Below are positions 47,631 to 58,272 of a stretch of 64,000 nucleotides of DNA, piece after piece. The notes beneath the pieces were generated by a model, which did not search any database, was not told the origin of the DNA, and worked only from the letters and a program-made list of their open reading frames with translations. This DNA is from an uncultured Pelagibacteraceae bacterium. GTDB lineage: Bacteria > Pseudomonadota > Alphaproteobacteria > Pelagibacterales > AG-422-B15. The translations under genes and the position numbers were made by a program. Where the stretch lies: the NCBI GenBank assembly GCA_902524285.1, contig CABZCR010000005.1, positions 6,441 through 70,440 of the forward strand, written 5' to 3'. How positions within the stretch are numbered: the first letter of the stretch is position 1; each line of letters begins with the position of its first letter.

Positions 47631-49022
47631 ATGGGATTTATATTAATTTCTCTAATTATTCTAATTGGTATCGCCAGCTATTTTCTAGGAAATTTAAGAG
47701 CAAAAAATCTTAGGACTTCAAATCAAAAAAATCTTAAATCACTTAGTCATTATTATGGGTACTACGTAGCTCTATGGGCTGTTGTGCCGGCGTTATTGAT
47801 ACTGTTGATGATTACTTCGTTTAAACCATTTTTTATTGAGCAATATGTATTAAGTGATTTCATAGCACTTGGCAGTTATACAGAAACAGAACTAAGTTTA
47901 TTATTTACCCAAATCGAAAACACTGCATTGGGCATAAAACTTTTTGATGAAAATACTATTCTTATAAATGGTGCCGTAAATAAATTAAATTATATTAATA
48001 AGACGAGTGAAAACTTAACTTATGTTACAGTTCTTGGGTTGTCAGGTTTACTGGTTCTTTACTCATTATTTAATATTAATAACAAACTTAATTCTAGAAA
48101 GATTGTCGAGAAATTTTTACTAGTCTTGTATTTTACATGCTCACTTGTCGCTATAATGACTACTGTTGGAATAATTTTTTCTTTATTATATGAAACGTTG
48201 CGTTTTTTTTCTCAAGTTCCAATAACCGATTTTTTATTTGGATTAAATTGGAGTCCTCAAAGAGTTTTTGTAAGAGAAGCTGGAGATCTTGATACAAGAG
48301 ACTTGGCCAATGCATTTGGCGCTGTTCCATTATTTGCTGGAACATTTCTTATTGCATTAATTGCAATGTGTGTCTCAGTCCCAGTTGGTTTACTCACAGC
48401 CATTTATATGTCTGAATACGCTTCTCCAAAAGTCAGAGATTGGGCTAAGCCAATTATTGAAATTCTTGCTGGTATCCCAACGGTTGTATACGGATTTTTT
48501 GCAGCGTTAACAGTTGCACCTTTAGTGAGAGATATCGGTCAGGGTGCTGGACTAACTGTTTCTTCTGAAAGCGCTCTAGCTGCGGGATTTGTTATGGGAA
48601 TAATGATAATACCATTTATTTCATCACTTTCTGATGATGTAATAAAATCTGTACCTCAAAGTTTAAGAGAAGGCTCTTATGCCATGGGAGCAACCAAAAG
48701 GGAAACAATTGTTAAAGTATTATTGCCAGCTGCGTTGCCAGGTATTGTAGGTTCTTTTTTATTAGCTGTCTCAAGAGCGATTGGGGAGACAATGATTGTT
48801 GTTATGGCTGCAGGATTAAATGCAAAATTAACAGCTAATCCGCTTGATGCCGCAACTACAATTACTACTCAGATTGTTGTTATTTTAATTGGTGATCAAG
48901 AATTTGATAGCCCAAAAACACAGTCAGCTTTTGCTTTGGGTTTAACCTTGTTCGTTGTTACTTTGGCTCTAAATTTTATAGCTTTACAGGTCGTAAAAAA
49001 ATATACGGAGAGATATGACTGA
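47631..49022 (+). CDS. pstC: Phosphate ABC permease
   Basis: EILAGIPTVVYG and SRAIGETM motifs. Confidence 0.95.
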   Translation: MGFILISLIILIGIASYFLGNLRAKNLRTSNQKNLKSLSHYYGYYVALWAVVPALLILLMITSFKPFFIEQYVLSDFIALGSYTETELSLLFTQIENTALGIKLFDENTILINGAVNKLNYINKTSENLTYVTVLGLSGLLVLYSLFNINNKLNSRKIVEKFLLVLYFTCSLVAIMTTVGIIFSLLYETLRFFSQVPITDFLFGLNWSPQRVFVREAGDLDTRDLANAFGAVPLFAGTFLIALIAMCVSVPVGLLTAIYMSEYASPKVRDWAKPIIEILAGIPTVVYGFFAALTVAPLVRDIGQGAGLTVSSESALAAGFVMGIMIIPFISSLSDDVIKSVPQSLREGSYAMGATKRETIVKVLLPAALPGIVGSFLLAVSRAIGETMIVVMAAGLNAKLTANPLDAATTITTQIVVILIGDQEFDSPKTQSAFALGLTLFVVTLALNFIALQVVKKYTERYD

Positions 49023-50298
49023 TAGAATAGAACAAAGAATAAATAGTTTAAATAAAAGGCTCAATTCAGAGAAAAGATTTAGGATTTATTGTATTGGTGC
49101 AATGAGCTTTGCGCTTGCATGGGTGCTTATTTTATTTCTAAATATATTTTCATCTGGTTATTCAGCATTTTATAGAACTGTTATCCAGGTAGATGTACCT
49201 TTTTTAAATCTTATTGAAGACACGACACAATTTTCTGAAATGAGTTCAGAGGATATTAACAACCTGTCAATGTATTCTTTTTCCAAAAAGGCTATTTATG
49301 GACTTTTCCCAGATATTGAAGAGAAAAAAGATAAGAAAATGTTGATACGATTATTCAGTATTGAATTTGAGCAAGAAATAAGAGAATTTTTAAAATCGAA
49401 TAAGTCAAATATAAATGAAACAGAAACAATATATTTAACTGCCTCCGACGATGTAGATCAGGTTAATAAAGGAAACTACCCAAGGGACTTAGATGAAGAC
49501 AAAAGAAGAATTAAAGATATTCAACTTTTATTTTTTGATGACCTTGTAGATAGGGGACTTGTCAGCTATGAATTCAATCTACCATTTTTAATGAGAGGTG
49601 ATAGCCGAGAACCTGAACTGGCAGGAGTAGGAGGTTCAATAGTAGGTTCTTTATTCACAATTTTGGTAGTTTTGATTTTGTCTTTTCCTATTGGAATTTT
49701 TGCAGCTATTTATCTTGAGGAATTTGCACCAAAAAATAGAGTTACCGATTTTATTGAAATTAATATTAATAATTTAGCAGCGGTACCTTCTATTGTATTT
49801 GGCTTATTGGGGCTTGGTATTATTTTAAATACATTTGGATTGCCAAGGTCAACACCTCTGGTTGGAGGCATAGTCTTATCTTTAATGACCTTACCAACAA
49901 TAATTATTGCAACTAGAGCCTCATTAAGGGCGGTGCCGCCATCAATAAGAGAAGGAGCATTAGCAGTCGGAGCAACCAAAATGCAAGCAGTAATGCATCA
50001 TGTAGTTCCTGTAGCAATGCCTGGTGCATTAACAGGTACAATTATAGGCCTTGCTCAAGCACTTGGAGAAACTGCGCCATTATTATTAATTGGTATGGTG
50101 GCATTTGTTGTAGATGTTCCACAAACACCGCTGGACGCTTCTGCCTCTTTGCCAGTCCAGGTTTATTTATGGTCAGAAAGCGCAGAAAGAGGTTATGTTG
50201 AAAAAACTTCAGCTACAATTATGATGTTGCTTGGATTTTTAATTTTAATGAATTTAGCTGCAGTATTAATTAGAAGAAAATTTGAAACAAAATGGTAA
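49015..50298 (+). CDS. pstA: Phosphate ABC permease
   Basis: NLAAVPSIVFGLLG and ALGETAPL motifs. Confidence 0.95.
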   Translation: MTDRIEQRINSLNKRLNSEKRFRIYCIGAMSFALAWVLILFLNIFSSGYSAFYRTVIQVDVPFLNLIEDTTQFSEMSSEDINNLSMYSFSKKAIYGLFPDIEEKKDKKMLIRLFSIEFEQEIREFLKSNKSNINETETIYLTASDDVDQVNKGNYPRDLDEDKRRIKDIQLLFFDDLVDRGLVSYEFNLPFLMRGDSREPELAGVGGSIVGSLFTILVVLILSFPIGIFAAIYLEEFAPKNRVTDFIEININNLAAVPSIVFGLLGLGIILNTFGLPRSTPLVGGIVLSLMTLPTIIIATRASLRAVPPSIREGALAVGATKMQAVMHHVVPVAMPGALTGTIIGLAQALGETAPLLLIGMVAFVVDVPQTPLDASASLPVQVYLWSESAERGYVEKTSATIMMLLGFLILMNLAAVLIRRKFETKW

Positions 50299-50306
50299 AA
50301 TAGAAT

Positions 50307-51068
50307 ATGAAAAGTATAAAAATAAAAGCAGACAACTTGAATGTTTATTATGGAGAGAAACAGGCACTCTTCGATGTTTCCATGTACATGGAAGAAAAAC
50401 AAGTCACTGCTTTAATAGGTCCATCAGGTTGTGGTAAATCAACCTTTATTAGATGCTTAAATAGAATGAATGATGTTATCGATATATGTAAAGTACAAGG
50501 AAAAATAGAAATCGATGGCAACAATATTTATGCACCAAGCATGCAAGTTGAACAACTAAGAGAACGCGTGGGCATGGTTTTTCAAAAGCCGAACCCCTTT
50601 CCAAAATCTATTTTTGAAAATGTAGCTTATGGTCCAAGAATACATGGAATAGCTGAAAATAAATCTGATTTAGAAGAAATTGTTGTTAACAGTCTAAAAA
50701 AAGCAGCTCTCTTTGATGAGGTTAAAGATAGATTAAACGATGCGGGAACAGGCCTCTCGGGGGGACAGCAACAAAGATTGTGTATTGCAAGAGCTATATC
50801 CGTAAATCCAGATATTATTCTAATGGATGAACCTTGCTCAGCCTTAGACCCAATAGCTACGGCTAGAATTGAAGAATTAATGGGAGAACTTAAAACAGAA
50901 TATACAATAATTATTGTCACGCACTCGATGCAGCAAGCCGCTAGAGTTTCATCAAGGACAGGTTTTTTTCATTTAGGTAAATTAGTTGAAGTTGATAAGA
51001 CTGAAACAATCTTTTCAAATCCATCAGATCAGAGAACGCAAGATTATATAACAGGGAGGTTTGGTTAA
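50307..51068 (+). CDS. pstB: Phosphate ABC ATPase
   Basis: [18 protein letters not shown] and DYITGRFG motifs. Confidence 0.97.
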   Translation: MKSIKIKADNLNVYYGEKQALFDVSMYMEEKQVTALIGPSGCGKSTFIRCLNRMNDVIDICKVQGKIEIDGNNIYAPSMQVEQLRERVGMVFQKPNPFPKSIFENVAYGPRIHGIAENKSDLEEIVVNSLKKAALFDEVKDRLNDAGTGLSGGQQQRLCIARAISVNPDIILMDEPCSALDPIATARIEELMGELKTEYTIIIVTHSMQQAARVSSRTGFFHLGKLVEVDKTETIFSNPSDQRTQDYITGRFG

Positions 51069-51760
51069 TGAGTGAACACATAGTTTCATCTTATGATGAG
51101 CAATTAGATTTAATAAATAGTACATTAATTAAAATGGGAGGATTGGTTGAAACACAGCTTCACAATTCTCTTGTTGCTTTGGGTGATAAAGATACTGCTT
51201 TTGCAGAAGAAATTTTAAGAGATGATAATAAAATAGATGCCTTAGAAAAGGAAATTGATGCTTTAACATACAAAGTAATTGCAATGAGGCAACCGCTTGC
51301 TAATGATTTAAGAACCGTACTTTCGGCACTAAGCATTGCAAACGATCTCGAGAGAATGGGTGATCACGCTACCAATATTGCTAAAAGAGTTGCAAATGTA
51401 AAAATAAATATGCCCGACACGCCGGTTTCAGAAATTGTCAATATGGGTGAGAACGTTCAAAGAATGATAAAAAATGTTTTAGATGCCTTCGTTCAAAAAT
51501 CAGATACGCTAGCAATTAATGCTTGGGATTTAGACGGCGATATTGATGAATTGTATTTATCAATTTACAGGGATCTTCTTAAGACGATGGCAGAAGACCC
51601 AGATACAATTACAGGCTGTTCACACTTATTGTCGATTGCTAAAAACATAGAGAGAATAGGAGATTATGTTCAAAATATTGCTGAAGACATTCACTTCATT
51701 ACAACTGGTCAAGCCTTAGAACGTAAGTCGGAAAAAAGAATTAAGTGGGAAAAGGTGTAA
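51068..51760 (+). CDS. phoU: Phosphate signalling protein
   Basis: RQPLANDLR, LERMGDH and IERIGD motifs. Confidence 0.95.
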   Translation: MSEHIVSSYDEQLDLINSTLIKMGGLVETQLHNSLVALGDKDTAFAEEILRDDNKIDALEKEIDALTYKVIAMRQPLANDLRTVLSALSIANDLERMGDHATNIAKRVANVKINMPDTPVSEIVNMGENVQRMIKNVLDAFVQKSDTLAINAWDLDGDIDELYLSIYRDLLKTMAEDPDTITGCSHLLSIAKNIERIGDYVQNIAEDIHFITTGQALERKSEKRIKWEKV

Positions 51761-52446
51761 TGAAACCTAAAATCCTAGTAATTGAGGATGAAGTCTCAAT
51801 AGTTGAATTATTAAAATACAATCTCACAGCTAGTGGATTTGATGTAGACGTATGCTTTGATGGCGATAGCGCATTGGATAGTATATTTGGTGATATTAAA
51901 TACGATCTCATAATCGTTGACTGGATGCTCCCAAATATTTCTGGGTTAGAATTGTGTAGACGAGTACGTAAAGATAAAACTACAAAGAACATTCCTTTAA
52001 TTATGCTCACAGCTAAAGGAGAAGAAGAAGATAAATTAAGAGCATTTGAAACTGAAATTGATGACTACATAACAAAACCATTTTCAGTCAATGAGTTAGT
52101 AGCAAGAATTAAAGCAGTACTTAAACGCTTAAGACCTATTTTTTATAATGAAGTTCTTACTTATAAGGGAATTCAATTAGATGTTTCAACGCATCGTGTC
52201 ACCAGGGATAAAACAGAAATAAGTCTTGGACCTACGGAATTTAATTTATTGCGTTTTTTAATGGAAAATCAAGGTAAAGTATTTTCAAGACAACAATTAT
52301 TAGATTATGTATGGACTACAAGTCCATATGTCGAGCCTAGAACAGTTGATGTTCATATCAGAAGATTAAGAAAAGCATTAAACGAAGGATTTGAATACGA
52401 CCCAATTAGAACAATTAGATCTGCTGGATATTCTCTTGGTATATGA
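51760..52446 (+). CDS. phoB: Phosphate regulon response regulator
   Basis: DWMLP, LGPTEF and RTVDVHIRRLRK motifs; start ATG 51760. Confidence 0.95.
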   Translation: MKPKILVIEDEVSIVELLKYNLTASGFDVDVCFDGDSALDSIFGDIKYDLIIVDWMLPNISGLELCRRVRKDKTTKNIPLIMLTAKGEEEDKLRAFETEIDDYITKPFSVNELVARIKAVLKRLRPIFYNEVLTYKGIQLDVSTHRVTRDKTEISLGPTEFNLLRFLMENQGKVFSRQQLLDYVWTTSPYVEPRTVDVHIRRLRKALNEGFEYDPIRTIRSAGYSLGI

Positions 52447-52871
52447 GCATTAAAAATGTTTTATATTTATGTACGCAAAATTCAGCCAGAAGCATTATAG
52501 CTGAGGCAATTACCAATTATAAATATAGTGAAAGTCTGAAAGGCTATAGCGCTGGTAGCACACCTTCAGGAATAATAAATCCTAAAACACTCGATTTATT
52601 AGATGATATGAAAATACCGACTGAGAAACTCTATAGTAAAAGTTGGGACGTATTTGGTGAGCCCAACTCTCCCTCTATGGATTATGTCGTTACTGTGTGT
52701 GGAAATGCCGCTAAAGAAACATGTCCGATCTGGCCGGGTGCTCCAAAAACATTTCATTTCAATATTGAAGACCCCGTTAAACAGAACTTAAACGAAGTCG
52801 ATCACAAAAAGTTTTTTAGATCTACATTTGATTATATTGATCAATTAATAAAAGAAAATTTGCTTAAATAA
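52443..52871 (+). CDS. arsC: Arsenate reductase (LMW-PTP family)
   Basis: CTQNSARS, SAGS and VTVC..A.ETCP.WPG motifs. Confidence 0.9.
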   Translation: MSIKNVLYLCTQNSARSIIAEAITNYKYSESLKGYSAGSTPSGIINPKTLDLLDDMKIPTEKLYSKSWDVFGEPNSPSMDYVVTVCGNAAKETCPIWPGAPKTFHFNIEDPVKQNLNEVDHKKFFRSTFDYIDQLIKENLLK

Positions 52872-53510
52872 ATGCCTAAAAAAATACTTTCTGAATATCT
52901 GGGTACACTCTTACTTGTTTTCTCGGTAGTAGGATCAGGGATAATGGCCGAAAATCTATCTCCTACAAATGAAGGTGTTGTATTGCTTGCTAATGCAATA
53001 GCAACAGGAGCAATGCTTTACGTGATAATATCAATATTTGGTCCTATATCTGGAGCTCATTTTAATCCAGTTGTTACACTTTATTTTAGATTTAAATCAG
53101 ATATTAATAACGTAACGATGATATTATTTATCATTTTTCAACTAGTGGGTGGCACTTCTGGAGTCATTTTAGCAAATTATATTTTTGATGATTTATTTAT
53201 TGAATTTTCAACTAAAGAAAGAACAGGAATTAATATTCATGTCTCTGAAGTGGTTGCAACAATAGGCTTATTAATTACAATTGTGCTCACACTAAAGGCA
53301 AAAAGAGATCCAGCAATAGCGGTGGCTTTATATATAACTGGGGCTTATTGGTTCACATCTTCAACGTCATTTGCCAATCCAGCTGTCACGATCAGTAGAT
53401 CATTCACCAACACATTTACCGGTATAGATCCACAGCACGTGTTGATGTTTATTTTTATGCAATTAATTGGACTCTTAATTGCATATTTTATTCTTCGATT
53501 TTACGATTAA
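52872..53510 (+). CDS. MIP/aquaglyceroporin, arsenite-channel (AqpS-like)
   Basis: SGAHFNPV and AYWFTSSTSFANPA motifs; next to arsC. Confidence 0.85.
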   Translation: MPKKILSEYLGTLLLVFSVVGSGIMAENLSPTNEGVVLLANAIATGAMLYVIISIFGPISGAHFNPVVTLYFRFKSDINNVTMILFIIFQLVGGTSGVILANYIFDDLFIEFSTKERTGINIHVSEVVATIGLLITIVLTLKAKRDPAIAVALYITGAYWFTSSTSFANPAVTISRSFTNTFTGIDPQHVLMFIFMQLIGLLIAYFILRFYD

Positions 53511-54654
53511 TTATATCGCTTGTCCAGATACCCATACTTTTTTTACTATTGGTAAATTGTTATAAATACTGAAACTAACTAGGTCCGCCTTCATGCCGCA
53601 CTGTATGCTACCTCGGTCTAGAAGCTGTGTAGCTATTGCTGGGTTTCTTGAAATAGAGGCAATTGCTTTTGGCATATTACCGGACTCTAAACCCCATTTG
53701 ACAGCTGAAGAAAGTAGGGATGACGGGATATAGTCAGAGCTAAAAATATCAAGGCAATTTTCGTCTATGAGTTCTTGAGCTGAAATATTTCCAGAATGTG
53801 ACCCACCTCTCATTAAATTTGGCGAACCCATGATAATTTTCATGTCTTCTTTTTGCGACTCTTTTGCTGCTTCGATTGTGGTTGGAAATTCTGCTATTGA
53901 AACTCCTAGATTTTTTGAACTTAATACATCTTCTATAGTAGTGTCATCATGACTCGCAAGAACACATTGAAATCTCATTTGTGCTTCAGATATTTTCTTT
54001 ATATGTATTTCACTATTTTTTTGACTGCAGTGCTTTTAATTTAGAGAAGTGATTTTCCATTTCTTCATCAGATAGTTGATATTTACCCGCTAAATATTCC
54101 TTATATTTATCTGTATTTCTAAATTGTCTTTGTCCCGGTGTATGGTCCATAATGCTTATCATTTTAACGTTGCTTGATTCATCAAACTCATCAAGTTCAC
54201 TTGCTAACGTTTCAGATGCGGTTTCTGCACGCAAGTGAATATAATGGTCAATTTTAAAAAGTTTATTTTTTTTTAAAGTTGAAATTTGGTCAGCTGTTGC
54301 TTTAGCATATTTTTTATATTCACCTTGAAGGTTCCCTTTTGGTATCGATCCAACTCTAAGTGCATCAAATACCGTGGTTATACCGACGGAAGACAATTCT
54401 CTATCATGAGCTAGCAATGCGTTTATAATTGGCCATTCTACTTTTGGCCTGGGTGTTAAATGTCTTTCGATATTATCTGTATGAAGTTCGATTAAACCAG
54501 GAATTAAGAAATCCTTGTTTAAATCGAAAGCAGAATTTCCTGTATAATTTCCTTTACTTAAATCCTTTATTATACCGTTTGCAATGTAAACATGGCCCAT
54601 AAAAGATTCGTCCGGACAAACAATATGGGCATTTTTTATTACAAATTCATTCAT
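53511..54654 (-). pseudogene. phnM: PhnM (ribose-1-methylphosphonate-5-triphosphate diphosphatase), split by one extra base in an A7 run
   Basis: ELHTDN and MDHTPGQRQF in 54013-54654; ASHDD, AEFP and SSDY in 53511-53978; deleting one base at 54016-54022 gives a 380-aa ORF. Confidence 0.85.
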
Positions 54655-54703
54655 ATTTATTTAACAAGATATTACTAATTTATTAGATTATTGTTAAAGT
54701 ATT

Positions 54704-55420
54704 ATGACTAATTACAAAAGAGTGGCAATTTACTTTTTGCCTAAAAAAAACTCGAGTTTAGAAAACTTCGGAAAAAACCTTTTAGGTAGAGATATCAATA
54801 AAAAGAAAAAAATATCACTAACAAGACGTCAAAAATATTTTATTAGTAGAGGTTTTACATTCTTTGATGAACTTAAAGACTATTGTGAACAGCCTGCAAA
54901 GTATGGGTTTCACGCAACATTAAAGGCACCATTTAGACTTAAAAGAAATGTTAAAACAAAAAATTTTTATGATGTTATTAGCCATATAGCAGCACAACAT
55001 AGTAGATTTAAGATACAAGGTTTAAAAATTGTTTATAGTAAAAAATTTACTTTCATAACTAGCAGAAAACCAAACAAATTATTAATAAACCTTGAGAATG
55101 ATCTTGTTAAACATCTAGATACTTTTAGGGCAGAGCTAAATAAAACAGAAATAAAAAAAAGGATCCCTGATTCTTTAACTATTAAGCAAAACAAATATTT
55201 AAAAGAGTGGGGATATCCATTCGTCTTTGATCAGTTTAAATTTCATATGACGCTAATGAACCAAAATAACAATAAATTATCTAACAAACAAAAATTAGAA
55301 CTAGAAAAATTAATTTACAAAATATCAAATAATGTAATTGAATTTAATGAAATTAGTTTACTTGGTGAAAATAAAAATGGCCATTTTGAGGAAATAAAAA
55401 GGTTTAAATTAAACTTTTAA
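54704..55420 (+). CDS. DUF1045 phosphonate-associated 2H phosphoesterase
   Basis: RVAIYF, YGFHATLKAPF and WGYPFVFDQFKFHMTL motifs. Confidence 0.85.
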   Translation: MTNYKRVAIYFLPKKNSSLENFGKNLLGRDINKKKKISLTRRQKYFISRGFTFFDELKDYCEQPAKYGFHATLKAPFRLKRNVKTKNFYDVISHIAAQHSRFKIQGLKIVYSKKFTFITSRKPNKLLINLENDLVKHLDTFRAELNKTEIKKRIPDSLTIKQNKYLKEWGYPFVFDQFKFHMTLMNQNNNKLSNKQKLELEKLIYKISNNVIEFNEISLLGENKNGHFEEIKRFKLNF

Positions 55421-55955
55421 TTAATGCAGTTAAATTCATAATACCTTGATTAATACTGCTATTATTTTCTACAAATTTTGTACTTGTTGGTAAATTATAA
55501 TTTTCTCTTTTTATTCGAGAGTTGATTTCGAATTCGTTCTCTCTTTTTCTATCAAAAATTCGTTGACTCAATAAATTGCTAGTAGCATTTATGTGTATAA
55601 CGATAGAAGAGGATATATCATATAATATATTATTTATATATTCTCTAGATCCAGCAAATATTATGTTTTTCCCATCTTTAAGATCGTCAATTGCATCTTT
55701 GTGAATACCATAATTGCAATTATTTGCATTCCATGTTGTACAAAATAAATTTTCACTCTTCATTTGTGTAAATATTTTTTCATCAATAGGGTTATAGTCT
55801 TCATTAATATCTATTTTAGTTCTTGTAATGTATCTTTTGATCGCCTTTAGATTATCGATATTTTTACAGGCTCCATTTATAAGGGTATTTTTACCAGATC
55901 CTGATGGACCTAAGACGATAAAAGCCTTGCCGTTTCTTTTAATGCTTTGTTTCAA
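55404..55955 (-). CDS. phnN: Ribose 1,5-bisphosphokinase
   Basis: GPSGSGK, RYITR and W.AN...YG motifs. Confidence 0.85.
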   Translation of the reverse strand: MKQSIKRNGKAFIVLGPSGSGKNTLINGACKNIDNLKAIKRYITRTKIDINEDYNPIDEKIFTQMKSENLFCTTWNANNCNYGIHKDAIDDLKDGKNIIFAGSREYINNILYDISSSIVIHINATSNLLSQRIFDRKRENEFEINSRIKRENYNLPTSTKFVENNSSINQGIMNLTALIKSLI

Positions 55956-56613
55956 TGTTTAGATCAATCTCTCTTACATTCAACTTTTTTCGAGAATATT
56001 CGTCATGAAAGATCCCAATAATTGATACGCCTCTATTAGATTTCGCTTTAATTAAATTGATAATTATATCACGATTTCTACTGTCAAGACTTGCAGTTGG
56101 CTCATCGAGTAACAAGTAAGGAAGGTCTTTTATAAAACCTCGTGCGATATTAATTCTCTGTTGCTCGCCCCCAGAAAAAGTTAGCGGAGATAAGTGCCAC
56201 AAATTCTTCTCAATATTTAAGTCCTTTAAAAGTTTTATCGATTTTTTATAAGCATTATTTTTATTATCACCTGAATTTAATAATGGTTCCATTATTACAT
56301 CTAAAGCAGAAATACGGGGTATCACTTTTAAAAATTGGCTCACATACCCAATTGAAGTTTTTCTAAGTTTAAGTATTTCCTGAGCCGATAGAGTGGCAAT
56401 ATTTTTATTATTTATAATTATAGCACCCTTATCAATTATATAACTTCCATAAATCATCTTTAAAATACTTGATTTACCTATGCCTGATGGTCCTTTAAGG
56501 GCTACAATTTCACCTGGATTAACCTCAAAATTTAAATTTTTAAAAACTGTTATCTTCGCGTTATTTTGGTTAAATAAAGTAAACGATTTATTAACTTTTT
56601 TTACCTCAATCAT
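55939..56613 (-). CDS. phnL: C-P lyase ATPase subunit
   Basis: GYVSQFL, P.TFSGGEQQR and GIFHD motifs. Confidence 0.93.
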   Translation of the reverse strand: MIEVKKVNKSFTLFNQNNAKITVFKNLNFEVNPGEIVALKGPSGIGKSSILKMIYGSYIIDKGAIIINNKNIATLSAQEILKLRKTSIGYVSQFLKVIPRISALDVIMEPLLNSGDNKNNAYKKSIKLLKDLNIEKNLWHLSPLTFSGGEQQRINIARGFIKDLPYLLLDEPTASLDSRNRDIIINLIKAKSNRGVSIIGIFHDEYSRKKLNVREIDLNIETKH

Positions 56614-56614
56614 A

Positions 56615-57385
56615 TTAAACGTGTAACACCGAACTTACTAATAGCTGTGTATATTCTTGCTGAGGATCTTCAAGTACCTGATCGCTTAAACCAGACTCAA
56701 TTACAGTACCGTTTTTCATGACAATCATTTTATCTGCAAGTAATCTGATAACGGCTAAATCATGTGATACAATAATTACTGTAAGGTTCAACTCATTAAC
56801 AAGTGATCTTATCAAATCAAGAACACGAGCTTGAACTGAAACATCTAGCCCACCAGTTGGTTCATCCATAAAAATAACATTTGGGCTTGTTATTAGATTT
56901 TTTGCTATTTGAAGTCTTTGAAGCATTCCACCTGAGAAAGTAATGGGTAGATCATCAATTCTACTTTTGTCTATTTCAACTTTATTAATCCATTTTGTTG
57001 CTAAGCTTCTTATATTTCCATAATGTCTATAGCCAACAGACATTAATTTTTCGCCTATATTACCACCTGCTGATACATTTAATCTTAATCCGTCACGTGG
57101 GTTTTGATGAACAAAAGCTAAATCTGTTCTAATAAATTTTCTTTTCTCTGACTCTGATATATTTAAAAAGTCGGTTTCTTTGTTGTTAATATTGAAAATT
57201 ATTTTTCCTCTATCAGGCTCAAGATTGCCGGATAAGCAGTTAATTAAGGTTGTTTTACCGGAACCAGACTCACCGACAATGCCCAATACTTCACCTGGAT
57301 ATAGTGACATTGAAATATTTTTACATCCAACAATATTATCATAAGATTTGCTTAAATTTGTAACGTTTAAAAGAGGGATTATCAT
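56615..57385 (-). CDS. phnK: C-P lyase ATPase subunit
   Basis: VSAGGNIGE, RHYG.IR and DEPTGGLDVSVQAR motifs. Confidence 0.93.
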   Translation of the reverse strand: MIIPLLNVTNLSKSYDNIVGCKNISMSLYPGEVLGIVGESGSGKTTLINCLSGNLEPDRGKIIFNINNKETDFLNISESEKRKFIRTDLAFVHQNPRDGLRLNVSAGGNIGEKLMSVGYRHYGNIRSLATKWINKVEIDKSRIDDLPITFSGGMLQRLQIAKNLITSPNVIFMDEPTGGLDVSVQARVLDLIRSLVNELNLTVIIVSHDLAVIRLLADKMIVMKNGTVIESGLSDQVLEDPQQEYTQLLVSSVLHV

Positions 57386-58272
57386 TTATTTTTTCTTTTA
57401 TTACAAAAATCTGTATCTGAGCAAATAAAAGATTTATTTCCCGCATCATCAACAATAATTTCATCTAAATATGTATTCTTTGATCCACAAATATCACACG
57501 CGTGTTCAGCTTTAAATGGGTCAAATGGGTAGTCTTCAAAATCGAGACTTTTAACTTTTGTATATGGTGGAATAGCATAAATTCTTTGTTCTCTTCCAGC
57601 ACCAAATAGCTGTATCGCTGGTGAGTTATTCATTTTAGGATTATCAAATTTTGGTATTGGGGATGGATCCATTATATAACGATCATTAGTTTTTACTGGA
57701 TAAGCGTAAGCGGTTTCTATATGCCCATTTTTTGATATATCTTCATAGAGCTTTACGTGCATTGCGCCATATTCGGAAAGAGAGTGCATTTTTATTGTTT
57801 CAGATACTTTAGGTTCTAGAAAGGCCAAGGGTTCAGGGATGGGTACCTGATAAACAAATATTTGTTTCTTTTTTAATGGTGTTTCAGGAATTCTATGTCT
57901 AGTTTGTATCAGTGTTGCTTTTTCAGTAATTTCAGTAGTTTTAATATTTGAAGTTTTTTTGAAAAAATTTCTTATTGATACAGCGTTGGTAGTATCGTCA
58001 GCTCCCTGATCTATTATTTTTAAAGTGTCTCTTTTTGTTAAGCAGCTCGCAGTAACTTGGACTCCACCTGTTCCCCATCCATATGGCATAGGCATTTCTC
58101 TAGAGGCAAAAGGAACCTGATAACCTGGAATACATAAAGCTTTTATTATTGCACGTCTTATCATTTTTTTTGTATTCTCATCTAAATACGCAAAATTATA
58201 TTCTTGATCAAAAGGTAGACCTTTGTCTACTTTGAAATCTTTAATCTTAATTACGTTATTTGTTTTTCTCAT
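57382..58272 (-). CDS. phnJ: C-P lyase radical SAM subunit
   Basis: YNFAYLDE, PYGWGTGG and CDIC...CSDTDFC motifs; start moved to 58272. Confidence 0.95.
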   Translation of the reverse strand: MRKTNNVIKIKDFKVDKGLPFDQEYNFAYLDENTKKMIRRAIIKALCIPGYQVPFASREMPMPYGWGTGGVQVTASCLTKRDTLKIIDQGADDTTNAVSIRNFFKKTSNIKTTEITEKATLIQTRHRIPETPLKKKQIFVYQVPIPEPLAFLEPKVSETIKMHSLSEYGAMHVKLYEDISKNGHIETAYAYPVKTNDRYIMDPSPIPKFDNPKMNNSPAIQLFGAGREQRIYAIPPYTKVKSLDFEDYPFDPFKAEHACDICGSKNTYLDEIIVDDAGNKSFICSDTDFCNKRKNK

